This document shows, piece after piece, positions 38,904-51,164 of a DNA stretch of 64,000 nucleotides. The notes beneath the pieces are model-generated. The model made no database searches, was not told the origin of the DNA, and saw only the letters and a list, made by a program, of their open reading frames with translations. The stretch lies in NCBI GenBank assembly GCA_028534125.1, contig CM052817.1, positions 32,304,001 through 32,368,000 of the forward strand. The letters are read 5' to 3'. A program made the position numbers and the translations under genes. The number at the start of each line of letters is the position of its first letter. The first letter of the stretch is position 1. The DNA is from Lama glama. Its lineage: Eukaryota.

Positions 38904-38996
38904 TCAGCAGCGTTGGGCGCCCTCGCTTTCCGCCACCAGCAGCAGCACGAGCAGCAGCAGGACGAAGAACAGCAGGAGCAGGAGGAACGGCGGCAT
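38904..38996 (-). CDS. Candidate 30-aa hydrophobic micropeptide (signal-peptide or single-TM like)
   Basis: ATG CCG CCG TTC CTC CTG...TGC TGA = MPPFLLLLLFFVLLLLVLLLVAESEGAQRC*; G at -3; no expression evidence. Confidence 0.3.
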   Translation of the reverse strand: MPPFLLLLLFFVLLLLVLLLVAESEGAQRC

Positions 38997-39457
38997 CGCG
39001 CGCGCTGGCAGGTGCCGGGGACCCCGGGGATGGCAAGAGGGCTGGAGGGCGGCTGGGCGGGAGGCGAGAGGAGGGCGCAGCGAGGGCTGGGCGGCTACGC
39101 CGGCGTTGCCAGGATGCGGGCCGCGCGCGTCCCTAGCAGCCGCCCGATCACGTCAAAGTTTGTTTAATAATCGCCCGGGTATTTATGGCGGGGGCTGGGG
39201 GCGGCCCCGGGGGAGCCCGGAGACCGCGCGGGGCAGCGGATGAGGCGTGGCGGCTGTGGCCCAGGGCACCTCCCCCCGGCTTCCCGAACCCTGCCCCGTC
39301 CGACCCCAGGGGGAGGATGGAAACACCAGCGGCGCTCTGAGCCCCTCAGGAAGATAACACCTTTCCCGCCACATCGCCCCGCGGTCCTGCGGAGGCCCCC
39401 CCTTTGTCCCCTCCACGAGTCCATCTCCCAGAGCCGGGCGGAGCGGAAAAGCGAGCG

Positions 39458-39544
39458 ATGGCGGATAACCTGAGGAAACTGGTCTCCAACGAATCTTTAC
39501 GATCCCTGCAGGACAAGCTGGAATGCTGGCTGAGGGAGTACAAC
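39458..39544 (+). CDS. SPATA18: Mitochondria-eating protein (MIEAP) exon 1
   Basis: MADNLRKLVSNESLRSLQDKLECWLREYN; Kozak GCGATGG; donor AAC|GTGAGT. Confidence 0.95.
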
Positions 39545-41964
39545 GTGAGTCAGGGTGGGAGACCCCCGGGGCTCGCCCTCCCTCTAGTTCCTGGCACAGC
39601 CCTCGAAGGGGGTTCTTAGGGCCGCTCTCGGGGTGACCCCTCTGCAGAGTCCCTTGGTTGTGATTTCTGACTGGTACCCAGCCTCGGGCCGGGGTCGCGG
39701 GGAAGGAAGGAAGGACGCCTGCGGGCGGGTTCCCCTTTCACCCGGGCGGCCAGAGGCGGCTCCGGGGTGGCGCGGCGGGCGGAGCTGGGGTCTGGGAGTC
39801 GGGGAACCGACAGCGCCTTCCACCCAGCGGTAGCCAAGGACGCTGGCCGCCCTGGCAACGGGAAACCCAGCGAGCCGCCCGGGTCTGGTCAAGCCAGCCT
39901 GTCTCCCTTCCAATCCCCTCCGTCAGCACAATTCACCGCCATTCCCCCGACTCGAATTTTTTTTTTTTTAAACTACGCCCTTCCTAGTGCCTTTCCACGA
40001 GTCTCCCACTCTGAGGATAACTAGTGGTTATATCAGACTGGAGTTTTATAAAAATACACTCGGGAGTTATATTACCCAGAAGTCAATGAAATGGACACTT
40101 GTCAACGCTGCAGGGTCTCATTTGCGTGCTGGTCAGCACGGCAGGTAAAGAGCAGCTTCAGAACCCGGGCAGACTGCAGAAGTCCTGTTGCCCAGGCACT
40201 CGTAAACCAATATTCTGTCATCAAACCCAGAGGCGTTCTTCGAATCTCATTAATCTCCACCCCTACTTCCGTTCCTCTTAATCTCCCCCACCCAGAAGAT
40301 AGAACTCCAGTGCAGAATTTGCTTTACGTTCGGTTGGTTGGTCCGTCTTAAAAAGGAGAGTCCTATTGTTACACAGCAAGTAGAACAGGGAGGCAGAAAG
40401 AGCTGGGAACCGGAGACAGCCCTGCTAACTTCCAGGCCTGGCTCTGCACAGAAGCAAGCTGAATCATTTCGGGCAATTTATTAACCTCTCTGAGTTTCAG
40501 TACCTCCTCTACTAAATGGGAGAGGCTGGAATTAGATGATATGTAAAGTTCCTTTTTGGATGTCAGTTATTATTATTTTTTTTTTTTAGTCTAGATCAGC
40601 TTGCTTCTGAAATACTACCAGGAAAAATGCAGCTGGCTTCTGTTATGAGTCCCTGGTCTTTCCCATTAACCTTCTAACCAGGGATCCTGGAAGAAGGGAA
40701 GCTCAAAACACAGCTAGAGTTTTCTACTTAGCCTTACTTCCTTGTGTTTACCCCCTTTCCCCACGTTTAAAGACCCGGCACTGACTATTTCTTCTCCAGC
40801 AAGATTGCAGAAAAATTAAAATTCACCTCTAGCACAAAGCCTTGGGTTCCCCGTCCCCACCTTCAGAAGTGCCTGCTTGTTACCTAGTCCCAGAAGGTTG
40901 AGGATAACAAATCCTAATACATGTATTTAGCCTTCTTAAAACTACTTCTTACCAAAAAAATTTGTTTTTTCTTGCCCTGTGGCCTAAATACATTTGGAAT
41001 GTTAAAAAGTATATTCAGTTTGTCAGAAGACAACATCTGACACAAATGACACTAACAGTTGCTTAAATTAAATGATTGTTTAGAAACTACCAGTAAGTCC
41101 TAAGAAATGCCAAAGTTTATTGCACTTTCCCATCTGACTAACAATGGTGCATCCCACTGAACCATTTCAATCTAGATTCTTCACCCACATACACACATAC
41201 ACACAGACACGTGCGCATAATAGAGACTGCACGCTTAGAGACCAATGCCGTTCCAGAGTCTGTGGTCATTCCCTGGGCACCATCATTTCTCTTTGACTCT
41301 GGCATTTCACTTTTGACATCCCTATTCTTCTAAGGCTCTAATAATTCATCTCCTTGCCTTCCCACTCTCCCCACCCACCACTTGTAGCTATTCTTCAAGA
41401 GCTAGACTTTAGAAATCTCTTCCACCTTCATGCCTGTTTCGTCTCTTACTCCTATGCTGATGAATTTCATATCTATATTCAGGTCCTGTTCTCATCTGAG
41501 TGCTCACTTCTGCAGTTGCCAGGATATTTTCAGTTGTGCTATTGTCATCTCAAAATCAGATCAGTCTAAAACCAACCTTACTCTCTCCCATGCCCCAAGA
41601 CTAAGTAGTCTTTATCATGACATATTCTACCTCCTTCTTACCAGCATAATCTGTTGATACCAGCTTCTAAATTCATGCTAAGCCTGAGCACTCTTCACCA
41701 CCCCCACTGCTGCCATACTGTCCACCTTTGGTCATCTTTCATTTGGATTATTTAAAAAATGATAACCCAAAGTGATTCTTCTGAATGTCAAGTCAGATTG
41801 AGTTACTCCTCTGGCAAAACTCTCCAAACTTCCTCTCTCAGAATAAAAGTTCCTACAATGGCCATCAAACACAATTGTTCTCCTTTAAACTATGTGACCT
41901 CATCTATTATTTTCTCCCTTGCTCAACCACTTCAGCAATACTGGCCATCTTGTTCCTTCTAGAG

Positions 41965-42172
41965 CAAAGCTGTCCAATGGAACTTTCCATGATGACTAAC
42001 ATGTTCTATCTGTATATCTATATGCTATATTTGCACTGTCCAATATGGTGGCTATTGGGCACTTGAAATGTGACAAGCGCAAACTGAGGAACTGAGTTTT
42101 TAACTTCATCTAAGTCTAATCTAAATTCAAATAGTCACATATGGCCAGTGGTGACTGTATTGGCTGGAGCAG
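41965..42172. mobile_element. MER3-like hAT-Charlie MITE inserted in an L2
   Basis: CAAAGCTGTCCAAT...ATTGGCTGGAGCAG; TSD TTCTAGAG/TTCTAGAA. Confidence 0.8.
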
Positions 42173-42378
42173 TTCTAGAACACACCAGCCATGCTCTAGC
42201 TTCAGGACATTTTGTTCTTGCTGTTCCCTTTGCCTGGAAAGCTTTTCATGTACTGATATTTCAGCAAGATATCGACATCCTTGCTTCTTTACCTCCTTCA
42301 AGTCTTTGCTTCAATGTCACCTTCTCAGGAGAGATTGTTCTGTTTACAGTTGTAATCTCCTGCCCTCACCCCTTATTT

Positions 42379-42518
42379 GAGGCAGGGGGAGAGGTAATTA
42401 GGTTTGTTTGTTTGTTTGTTTGTTTGTTTATTTATTTATTTCTTAATGGAAGTACTGGGGATTGAACCCAGGACCTCCTGCATGCTAAACATGCTAAACA
42501 TGAGCTGTACCCTTCCCC
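42379..42518 (-). mobile_element. vic-1-like SINE, internally rearranged
   Basis: Same family text as 16494-16639, with a (TTTG)n tract. Confidence 0.85.
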
Positions 42519-44927
42519 TGCCAGCTGCATCTTAATGATGGACTTCTAGTTAGAGAGGAGGATGAAAGACAGAGGAAACAGCATGTGCAAAAAGCAAGGA
42601 GGAGGAAAAAGCTAGCATATTTGGGGAGCCTGTCACTACTTCCAGGCAGGGAGTGGATGTGAGATGAGGGCAAGGAGGCAGGGTGGTGGGGACCAGAGGA
42701 TAGGGGGCTTGGCTGGTGTGTTAAGGAGTTTGGACTTTATCCTGAGGCAATGGGGAGAAGCTAAAAGCATTATGCAGGGAGGAGATAGGTTTGGATTGTA
42801 TTCAGGAAAGTTTGCTCTAGCTGTTGTATGATGGGGAAGTTGGAAACCCTAGGCAGAACAGAGAGGACTGCGCGATACTTTAGGCAAGAGATAACACGGA
42901 TCGGCATCTTGTAAACTACTCTGGGGCTTTTAGTAAACAAGGTCAAGTGGTCCCAGGATGGTCCTTAAGGTTTATGTAAGAGTATGCTGCTCCAAATGCG
43001 CCCAATTTATCAAGTAACATCAGTGTGGTTTTATTGATCAATTCTGTCAAAGAGTCAAATAACCACCTATGCAGAATCTAATTACTCCGGAGAGACGCCA
43101 AGATGAGAAGAGAAATTAACCTCCTTAAGATGTTAGCAGTACCTGAAGAAGGCCAACTCTGGGCTGGAACTCTCCTCTCTCTGGGATGCTTTTGTTTCTA
43201 CTCAGATTTCTGGGCACTGGGGACTTGATTTTGGTCAGATGCTCTAAGACTTATTACTTTAAAAAATGTATTCTGTGTACAAAGGGTAAGAGCTTACTAT
43301 ATGCTCAATTACCCCATCCCTAAGATAAGACAGAACCACATTTCTCAAAGTAAGATAATAGACATCAAGACATTACACTCTGGAAATTTCTAATTATCTG
43401 ATATATGAGTGGGGATGGCAAGGTGGGCTGGTAATGCTGCCTCTTGAATTACTCTCCTCTTGCGCTATAGAAATCGGTACTAACAAGTGAAAACAGCATA
43501 TTAAATATCAGCATATAAAAGGAGCTTTTAAAGAGTTGTCCCTTCTGTTTTAGAATAAGCTTTGTGGTTGAAATAGAGGCTACCTTTATGTCAAGGTGTA
43601 CAAAATGCTGTTGCCATTGCTACAGTGTCTTCAAACAGACTCTGCTCTCCTTCACTCCTCCCTCTTCTGTATTCTTGGGGAATCAGTTTAATTAGTGAAT
43701 TTATAGAGAATATTTTTATTCCCTTTAGGACCTTTATCTCTTTATTAGCCAGTAATGAATAAATGCCAAACCTTAGTGTCTCAACATAAGAGGTTTATTT
43801 CTCATTTGGGAGAAGTCTGATGGCAGTTCCCACCCATCACTGGCTCAGTGTCAGGCATCCCCTGTCAGATGCAGCAGGACCTCAAGGATTCTGCAGAGGA
43901 GAGGGAGCAAAGAACTGGCCCTACTCTTACATAACACACATCCCTGGCACTCATCGTCCCTTGGTCAGAATTAGTGGCTCCCATCTAATTGTAAGGGAGT
44001 CTGAGAAATGTAGAAAAGCACATGGAATATTTAATTCATGCTACTACTCTGCCACTGTTAATAATGATGAATCCATGGTTATAAAAAAATTGACAGATGG
44101 TTAAGGAATATTATTTTCTTTTAACAGAGAGGCGATCAACTTTAAATTTGATTTTTTCTTATTTTCTTCTTGGACTAACTGGTTCATGTAAACATCATCA
44201 TTGTTTGATATTCAAGAAGTATCAAAAGAAGTCCAATAGGGATGTTAACTATGGTTCAAGACACTCAAATCCAATGGAGAAACTTAAATAGGAGCTTTTC
44301 CTAAATTGTGGAGATATATATAAGCCTAATTTTTCTTGTATCTAAAATTCAGGATTTCAGTTTAAAAACTTGTTGTGGAGGCAGTGGTGTGTGGCAAGGT
44401 GATGATGTGGAACAGAGGGTTGATTTCGGGAACAATGTTGCCTGAAAGGCTGCCTACATATGGGACTGCACTTCCCTAGGGGGGCAGTTGTAGCCTGTTC
44501 TAACCACCACTTATTTTATTTTATTTTTTTACTTTGCAGAGTACTTTATTTAAAAACATTTTGAGGTATGGTTGATGTACATTATTGTGTAAGTTTCAAG
44601 TGTACAACATAGTGATTCATAATTTTTAAAGATTGCACTCCATTTATAGCTATAAAATACTATAGCTATAAAAAGCTATACTCCCTGTGCTGTACAATAT
44701 AGCCTTGTAGCTTATTTATTTTATACATAGTAGTTTGTACTACTTTATCCCCTATAGCCAGTGTTTAAACAGCCCTTGAAAGCCTTCAAAGTATTCTTCA
44801 TGCATTATTGCCTTTAAACTTTATAAGAACCTATGGTTTTATCTTCTACATTTTATAGAGGAGAAAACCAAATCCCAGGAGTGCAGCTTGCCTGCCTAAA
44901 GTCACTGCACTAGAAAAGGTAGAACTT

Positions 44928-45318
44928 TGGGGAAGCGGGAGGGAAGGGATAAATTGGGAGTTTGAGATTTGCAGATACTAACTAATATGTATATAATAAA
45001 TAAACAATAAGTTCATACTGTATAGCACAGGGAACTATATTCAATATCTTGTAGTACTTTATTTTTTTAACATTTTTTATTGATTTATAATCATTTTACA
45101 ATGTTGTGTCAAATTCCAGTGTTCAGCACAATTTTTCAGTCATTCATGGACATATACACACTCAATTGTCACTGTAGTACCTTATGGTGAAAAAGAATAT
45201 GAAAACGAATATACGTATGTTCATGTATGACTGAAGCATTGTGCTGTATGCCAGAAATTGACACAACATTGTAAACTGACTATACTTCAATAAAAAATGT
45301 ATATATACGAAAAAGAAA
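44928..45318 (+). mobile_element. L1 3' end inserted into a MIR and itself interrupted by another L1
   Basis: TSD AGAAAAGGTAGAACTT (44912-44927)/AGAAAAAGTGGAACTT (45319-45334). Confidence 0.85.
45063..45172 (-). mobile_element. Younger L1 3' tip, inverted within the host L1
   Basis: TSD TGTAGTACTTTAT (45050-45062)/TGTAGTACCTTAT (45173-45185). Confidence 0.85.
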
Positions 45319-46276
45319 AGAAAAAGTGGAACTTGGATTTGAAACAAGGTCTTTTGCTTGTCAAGTCCTGTCTCTTATTCCCTACAGAGGAAGGGAAGGT
45401 GTAAGGAAATTCCATTTATTTGCAGTGTCCATTTCCGGCCATCCTTCCCCAACCCTGCCAGATACACACCCTGGATAGCAGGGTAGGGAGGAAAGTAGGT
45501 AGAAATTAGGGCTTTGTTTTCCATGTGTGACTTTCCATGATCAGCTGCAAGGACTTGCGAATGCCGCCCCTCAGACTCGACTCCACATATTTCCTGTTGA
45601 TCATCTCTTTTTCTTGCTCATCTACAAAGTCTTTACTTGACAGATTTGGAAATGGTATTCTTGTTGTATGTAAAATGAGTCTTTTTAAAAAAGAAAAGTA
45701 TTAAAAAATAAAAATGCCAGGCAAATCATTTAATGTGGCAGTAGTGTTCATATTTTAAAGGCATATTGTGGTAAATCCTTTTGCACGATTTAATTCTTAT
45801 CTAGATTAGATGAAGCATATTTTGTGTGTAAAAGATCAAAGTTTCTTAAAGTGGAAATAACTATTTTGTACTGAAATTGATAGATCTGAATAGCTTTTCA
45901 AAGTGAAGTTGGCAAGTTGATTAAAAATATTTAGTGGTAAGCTTTATTAATTTAGTCATGAAGAATTCTTTCTCTCCTTTTCATGTTGTAGGGGTGATTC
46001 AAGTTAGGAATAGAACAGTAGATAGGAGAGAACCATTGGGTTGATCAGGCTCTCATGAGAGGAGATGTTAATAAGGTCAAGGGGTTGCTCAGAAGTAAAG
46101 GAAGTGGAAGGGATCAGCAGATTGGTGGTTGAACTGGTGTACACGTAACGTGCAATGACAAAGATGGCTGGCATGGAGAGAGCTGCTGGAGGAAGGAAGG
46201 CTGCATAAGTTGTGGGGAGGTACGTTATGAAGGACCTTGGAAATTAGGAACCTTGGTTTGGGCTCATTACCTTTGC

Positions 46277-46429
46277 ATTTTTTTTTTTTTTGCAGGGGAT
46301 GGGGAGGTAATTAGGTTTATCTATTTAATTATTGTTACTATTTTTTTTTAAAAATGGAGGTACTGGGGATTGAACCCAGGGCCTCGTGCATTTCAGCATG
46401 TGCTCAACCACTTGAGCTATACCCTCCCC
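46277..46429 (-). mobile_element. vic-1-like SINE
   Basis: ggaggtactggggattgaacccagg...cttgagctataccctcccc with poly-T tail. Confidence 0.85.
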
Positions 46430-48022
46430 TCATCTGTGTCTTTAACTCCTGTTTGTTCCTCAATCTGAACAATTTGGAACAACATCAAGTTCCACACCCC
46501 CTGCCCCGCCCCCACATCATTCTGCTATAACTGCTCTCACAGTGGTCACTAGAGGCCACCTGGTGGTCAGTCAAATCCAATCTTTTGTTTTCATAGTCCT
46601 TATCTCCTTGATTTCTCTGCAGCAATTGACACATCTTATCCAATTTGATGGCTTTAGCTACTTCCCAGATGCTGGTGACTCCCAAATCTATCTCCAGCTT
46701 GGGCATTTCTCCAGCGCTTCTGACCTGGATGGCCACCTATTAGCTCCAGACAGCTCCATGTGAATGTCCACATCCTCTGACCCAACACAAACCAGACAGG
46801 ACTAGTTATCCTGCTTCCAGTCTTGCTGGTCCTCCTCTTGTGACCTCTGACTGGGCAATGACATCACAATCTCCCCTGTGGCCCAAGTCGGGAACCCTGA
46901 ACACCCTTCCTCTCCATCACACCTCGAAAATGAGTTCATCAAGCCCTGAGGATTCTACCTTTTAAAGATCTGTCAACTCTCTCCCACCTTTCCCCTTTAG
47001 CTGCTATTGCTCTTATACAAACGCCAGTCATCTCTTGCATATGTGGGAAAACTAGCTTCTGGCGTATGTTTAGGGCAGATCTCAAGTGAACTTTGTTGCA
47101 GTGATGTCTGCAGCTGCAGGGAGAAGAGGTCCAGGTGCAGCAGCTGCAGGCTGTGCAGAGAATTCTGTCCCTAACAACTCACAGGATTTTCACAGCCATC
47201 GCGGTTACAAAAGCAGGCTGGTAGCCCATCTCTTGCATAGGGGTTGGCAGCTTCAAAAGAATACTTTTTTTTTTTTTTACTGTTAATAATGCTGGTGGTT
47301 ATAGGCTGGAATATTCTACTTTCTTCTGTTACCTCTACTTTTCTAATCTACATGAAGCCACTAGAATGAGTTTGAAGTTTCCTTGTTGAAGTTCCACACC
47401 TGCAAGTGGCATATTCCTATTGACTTCCTGCCTTCCTCCTTGCCCCTCTCTGATCCAATTTTTGTACAGCTGTTTGTGGGACCATTTCTGTGGCTCCTCA
47501 TTGCTCACACCAGTGATTCTCAACCCGGGCAAAGCCTCTGAGACAGTGTTTCTGAAACTTACCCACAGAAATTAATGCATTTTGCTTCACAACATAGCAC
47601 ATATATGCCCTTATACTTAGATAACTGAAGCAAAGTTTTCACAGATAATTCTTATCTTTCATAATTGTGATGTACTATTTTCTTTTTCATTCTTTTTTTT
47701 TTTTTTAGGGGTAGATGGGTGAGACTCACTAAATTGATCTCACTGTCCATCAGTGCTGTGGTTCTTGATCTTAGTTACACGTAACAAATCATCTAGAAAG
47801 CTTTTTAATGTCCAGACCCCACAATAGAGCAATTAGAATTTCTAAGAGTGAGAGCCCACACATCCCTCAGGCGAAGGCTTTCCTGAATCTTCTTGGTTTC
47901 CTACCACTTCCTCCTTTGAGCCTCACCTCTGAATTCTGGAACTACCTTTCTTATAGCAAGTGATACTTGGTTTTGCATTCATTTACATGTTTATCTTAGA
48001 TTATAAATTCCTTGGGGGCAAG

Positions 48023-48392
48023 TGAAGTCAGAAAGAGAAAGACAAATACCATATGATGGGACGTATATGTGGAATCTAAAAAAATGACACAAATGGACTT
48101 ATTTACAAAACAGAAACAGATTCACAGATGGAAAAAAACTCTTATGATTACCAAAGTGGGAAGGTGGGGGAGGGATAAGTTAGGAGTTTGGGATTTGCAG
48201 ATATTAAATACTGTATTTAAATAAATAAACAACAGTGTCCTACAATATAGTGCAGGGAACTGTATTCAATATCTTGTAATAACCTATAATGAAAAAGAAT
48301 GTATATAAATGTATAACTGAATCACTATGCTGCACACCAGAAACTAACACAGCATTGTAAATCAACTATACTTCAATTCAAAAAATAAATAA
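48023..48392 (+). mobile_element. L1 3' end with 18-bp TSD
   Basis: AAATTCCTTGGGGGCAAG (48005-48022)/AAATTCCTCGAGGGCAAG (48393-48410). Confidence 0.85.
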
Positions 48393-51164
48393 AAATTCCT
48401 CGAGGGCAAGAGACTGTCTTGCATCCCAGCATCCAGCACCCAGTAGCTCCCTCCATAAAGATTTGCTGAGAGCATAGATACACAGGTAAAGCAGAGAATA
48501 ACTCATCTCCTTCTTTGGCTTCTTGGTAATTCATCTTTCTTCTTGGCTGTCCCTCTTGTTGCTCACTATTCTTGTTTTGTTTTTTGTTCACTGGCCCTTC
48601 TTCCTCAGCCCACTTCTGAAATAGCAAAATTACCCTCTGTCCTGCCCTTAGTCCCCTCCCCGCTTTATACTCTGCGTGGTGATCCCATCTGTGCACCTTG
48701 CTTCCACTTTCCCTCTACTGGAGGGTTCCAAAGCCGCATCCCCAATCCCCATCTCTCTTCTGAGATCCAGGTTACTTTCCAACTACTTTTGGTAAGAAAG
48801 CATGTTTGAGAGTTTGGCTCCAGTGCCAGAAGCAACAGGAATGGTTTAGTTTCCAGCCTGATCATTATCTCTTCCAAATTACTTAAGATTTTTTTTCCTC
48901 GCTGGTGAATTCAAGATGATGGATGGTATCCAGTTTGGAGGGCTGTTTTGATGATTAAATGAAACGTTTAAACATGTATTTAAAACTGTTAGCACAGTGC
49001 CTGGCTGGGATAGAGTACGTGTTCAATAATGGTTAGGAACTATCACTGGATGTCTTTATCTGGAGGTCCTTTGAACCCCTTAAACTGTCTGAAAACAGTA
49101 TCCCACCTCTTACACCTCTTTCCTGTTTCCAAACCTCCTAACTTTCTCCGCAGATAATGCAAGAATCCGGGGGACCTTGGCTGACACAGATGTGATTTGG
49201 GGGCTGTGGAGGATTTTTAGGGGACCCTTGTCATCTCCACAGCTTGTAGCATCCCTCAGCCAGACGTTACACCTTCCTATCTCCTCACCAGACTCGCCCT
49301 CCAATCCTAACTATCTGGTCCACTCCTGCCAGACTAATTCTTGTGAAGTGCAAAACAAATCCTCCACTTGCCCTATTAAATCGTTCAGTGATGGACAAAG
49401 CCCAGAGCTCTTCATGTGGCAAATCAAGTCCTTCATTATTTGGTCTCTGGACCCGGCATCCTTGCTGCTTCTTGCCTTGGTCCCTGCTCCAACGGCTTAC
49501 CCCTCACCAGAGTGCGTTTTGCTCCTTGTACAATTCACTATCTTCCTAGAGCATTTAATAAACTCTAAGGGAATTATTCGTTCTTTCTGGGTTTCCTATT
49601 CTCCATCCTACTTCCCCAGCTGGTGAGCTCGTTGACAGCAGGCAACTTTTTATTTTTTAATGGAGTTCTGTTTCCTGAGATGCCAGCCCAAGGCTTACAA
49701 ATTAAAGGCACTCAGTGATTTGTAAATGGATGAACTTTGGAATTAGAAGATAGTATAGTTTTAGCTCATATTTTTGCTTTATTTATCTTGTGGGAGCAAT
49801 TGGTAGAATAATGTCACTCTATTGCAACTTGAGTGTCTTGTGCAATGCTTTGTGTTAGACGCTGCAGCATGTTGTGACACGTTTTGGGAACAGGAACCAT
49901 CTGATATAGTATTTAAGTTGTGTTACACACTCAGTTGACAAACGTTGGGCCCCAGCTTTGTAGCAGACACTGGGCAAGGCATAGGAGCATATAGTAATAA
50001 TACTACAATAATACTAATTATTAAATACCTCCTCTACTCTGCACCTAAGTTAGCTCGTGAGATCACCTTCTAAACATGAGTAAATGGAGGCTCATATTTA
50101 AAAGGTCTTTTCTAAGGAAAGGCAGCTAATAAGTGGAGAACCAGATTTGAACCACAGTCTGCCCACTCAGTCCACTGCTCCATTCAGTTCTGTGTACCAC
50201 CTCGCAGGTACCAACTGTTGAACATCTTTTGCCTTTAGGGTGTGGAACTTGCATTACTTTGATTTAATTCTCTCAACACTCTACAGGCCTTTATTCTCTT
50301 TTTCCTGGAGAGAAAACGGGCTCAGAGAGGTTAAAGAACCTCTGCAGGATCACACAGCTCTGTGCTAAGGGGCAGAGCTGAGATACTCAGGTCTGCTGGA
50401 CTCCTGAGCCCATTCTCTGTCCACTTAGCACATGACATGATCTAGCCAGAGCAAAAGGCTGTAAAGCGGGGAACTGAAGTTCACTGTGGTAAGTGCAGGA
50501 GTGAACCGGCAATGGCCAGGAGCTGCTTGTTCAGCGAGGAAGGAATGGAGGTAGCTGTTCAGGCTGTGGGTTCCGATGTTCTGACCATGTCAACAACATC
50601 ACTCATCACTCACCGGATATCATTGGACCCTTCAGTTTGCCATGGATACTAGTGGCCAGACAACTACTACAAACATGAGAAAGGCAAAGCCATTTATAAC
50701 AAAACTCTTTTAAAGTCTTCTTAAGAGAAAAAGATAAGAGGATGAGACAAAGAAAGAAATGGCAGCAACAGAAATCAGTGCTACAACAGAGCTAGTCACC
50801 AGGTACTGCTTCCCAGGAATGGAAACTAAACCAGCAGCTCCCCCCTGCTACAGTAAGTTCAGTCCATCCAGACTGCTTACCATGCCTGTAGGGCCCTCCA
50901 GGATCTGTCCTGCCAACCTCTCTGACCGCCTACCTGCTGCCCCGTGCACTTGCTTCATGTCTCAAGGTTGCCAAACTTGTTTCGGCTGTCGGCTTTTGCC
51001 CTTGCTGTTCCCGCAGCCCCACCTGCTCTTTCTCTAGTGCTTTGCATCCGGGACTTACCTCCAATGTCTTGTCCTCAGAAAGGCCTCCCTGACTGCCACC
51101 CTCATTCATTTCTTTGTCACATCATTAAGTCTTCAGATTAGAGCTAATCACGATCTAAAAGCCA

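Larger units (their letters stand above)
38800..39950. promoter_or_regulatory. SPATA18: SPATA18 CpG island, probably a bidirectional promoter
   Basis: CpG-dense region spanning exon 1; X-box-like, CRE-like and forkhead motifs at 39105-39186. Confidence 0.85.

Noticed and set aside
38898..39167. Plus-strand Q/E-rich ORF (HQQQHEQQQDEEQQEQEE)
   Set aside because: Non-ATG start upstream of the likely TSS; it is the codon-aligned mirror of the minus-strand hydrophobic ORF
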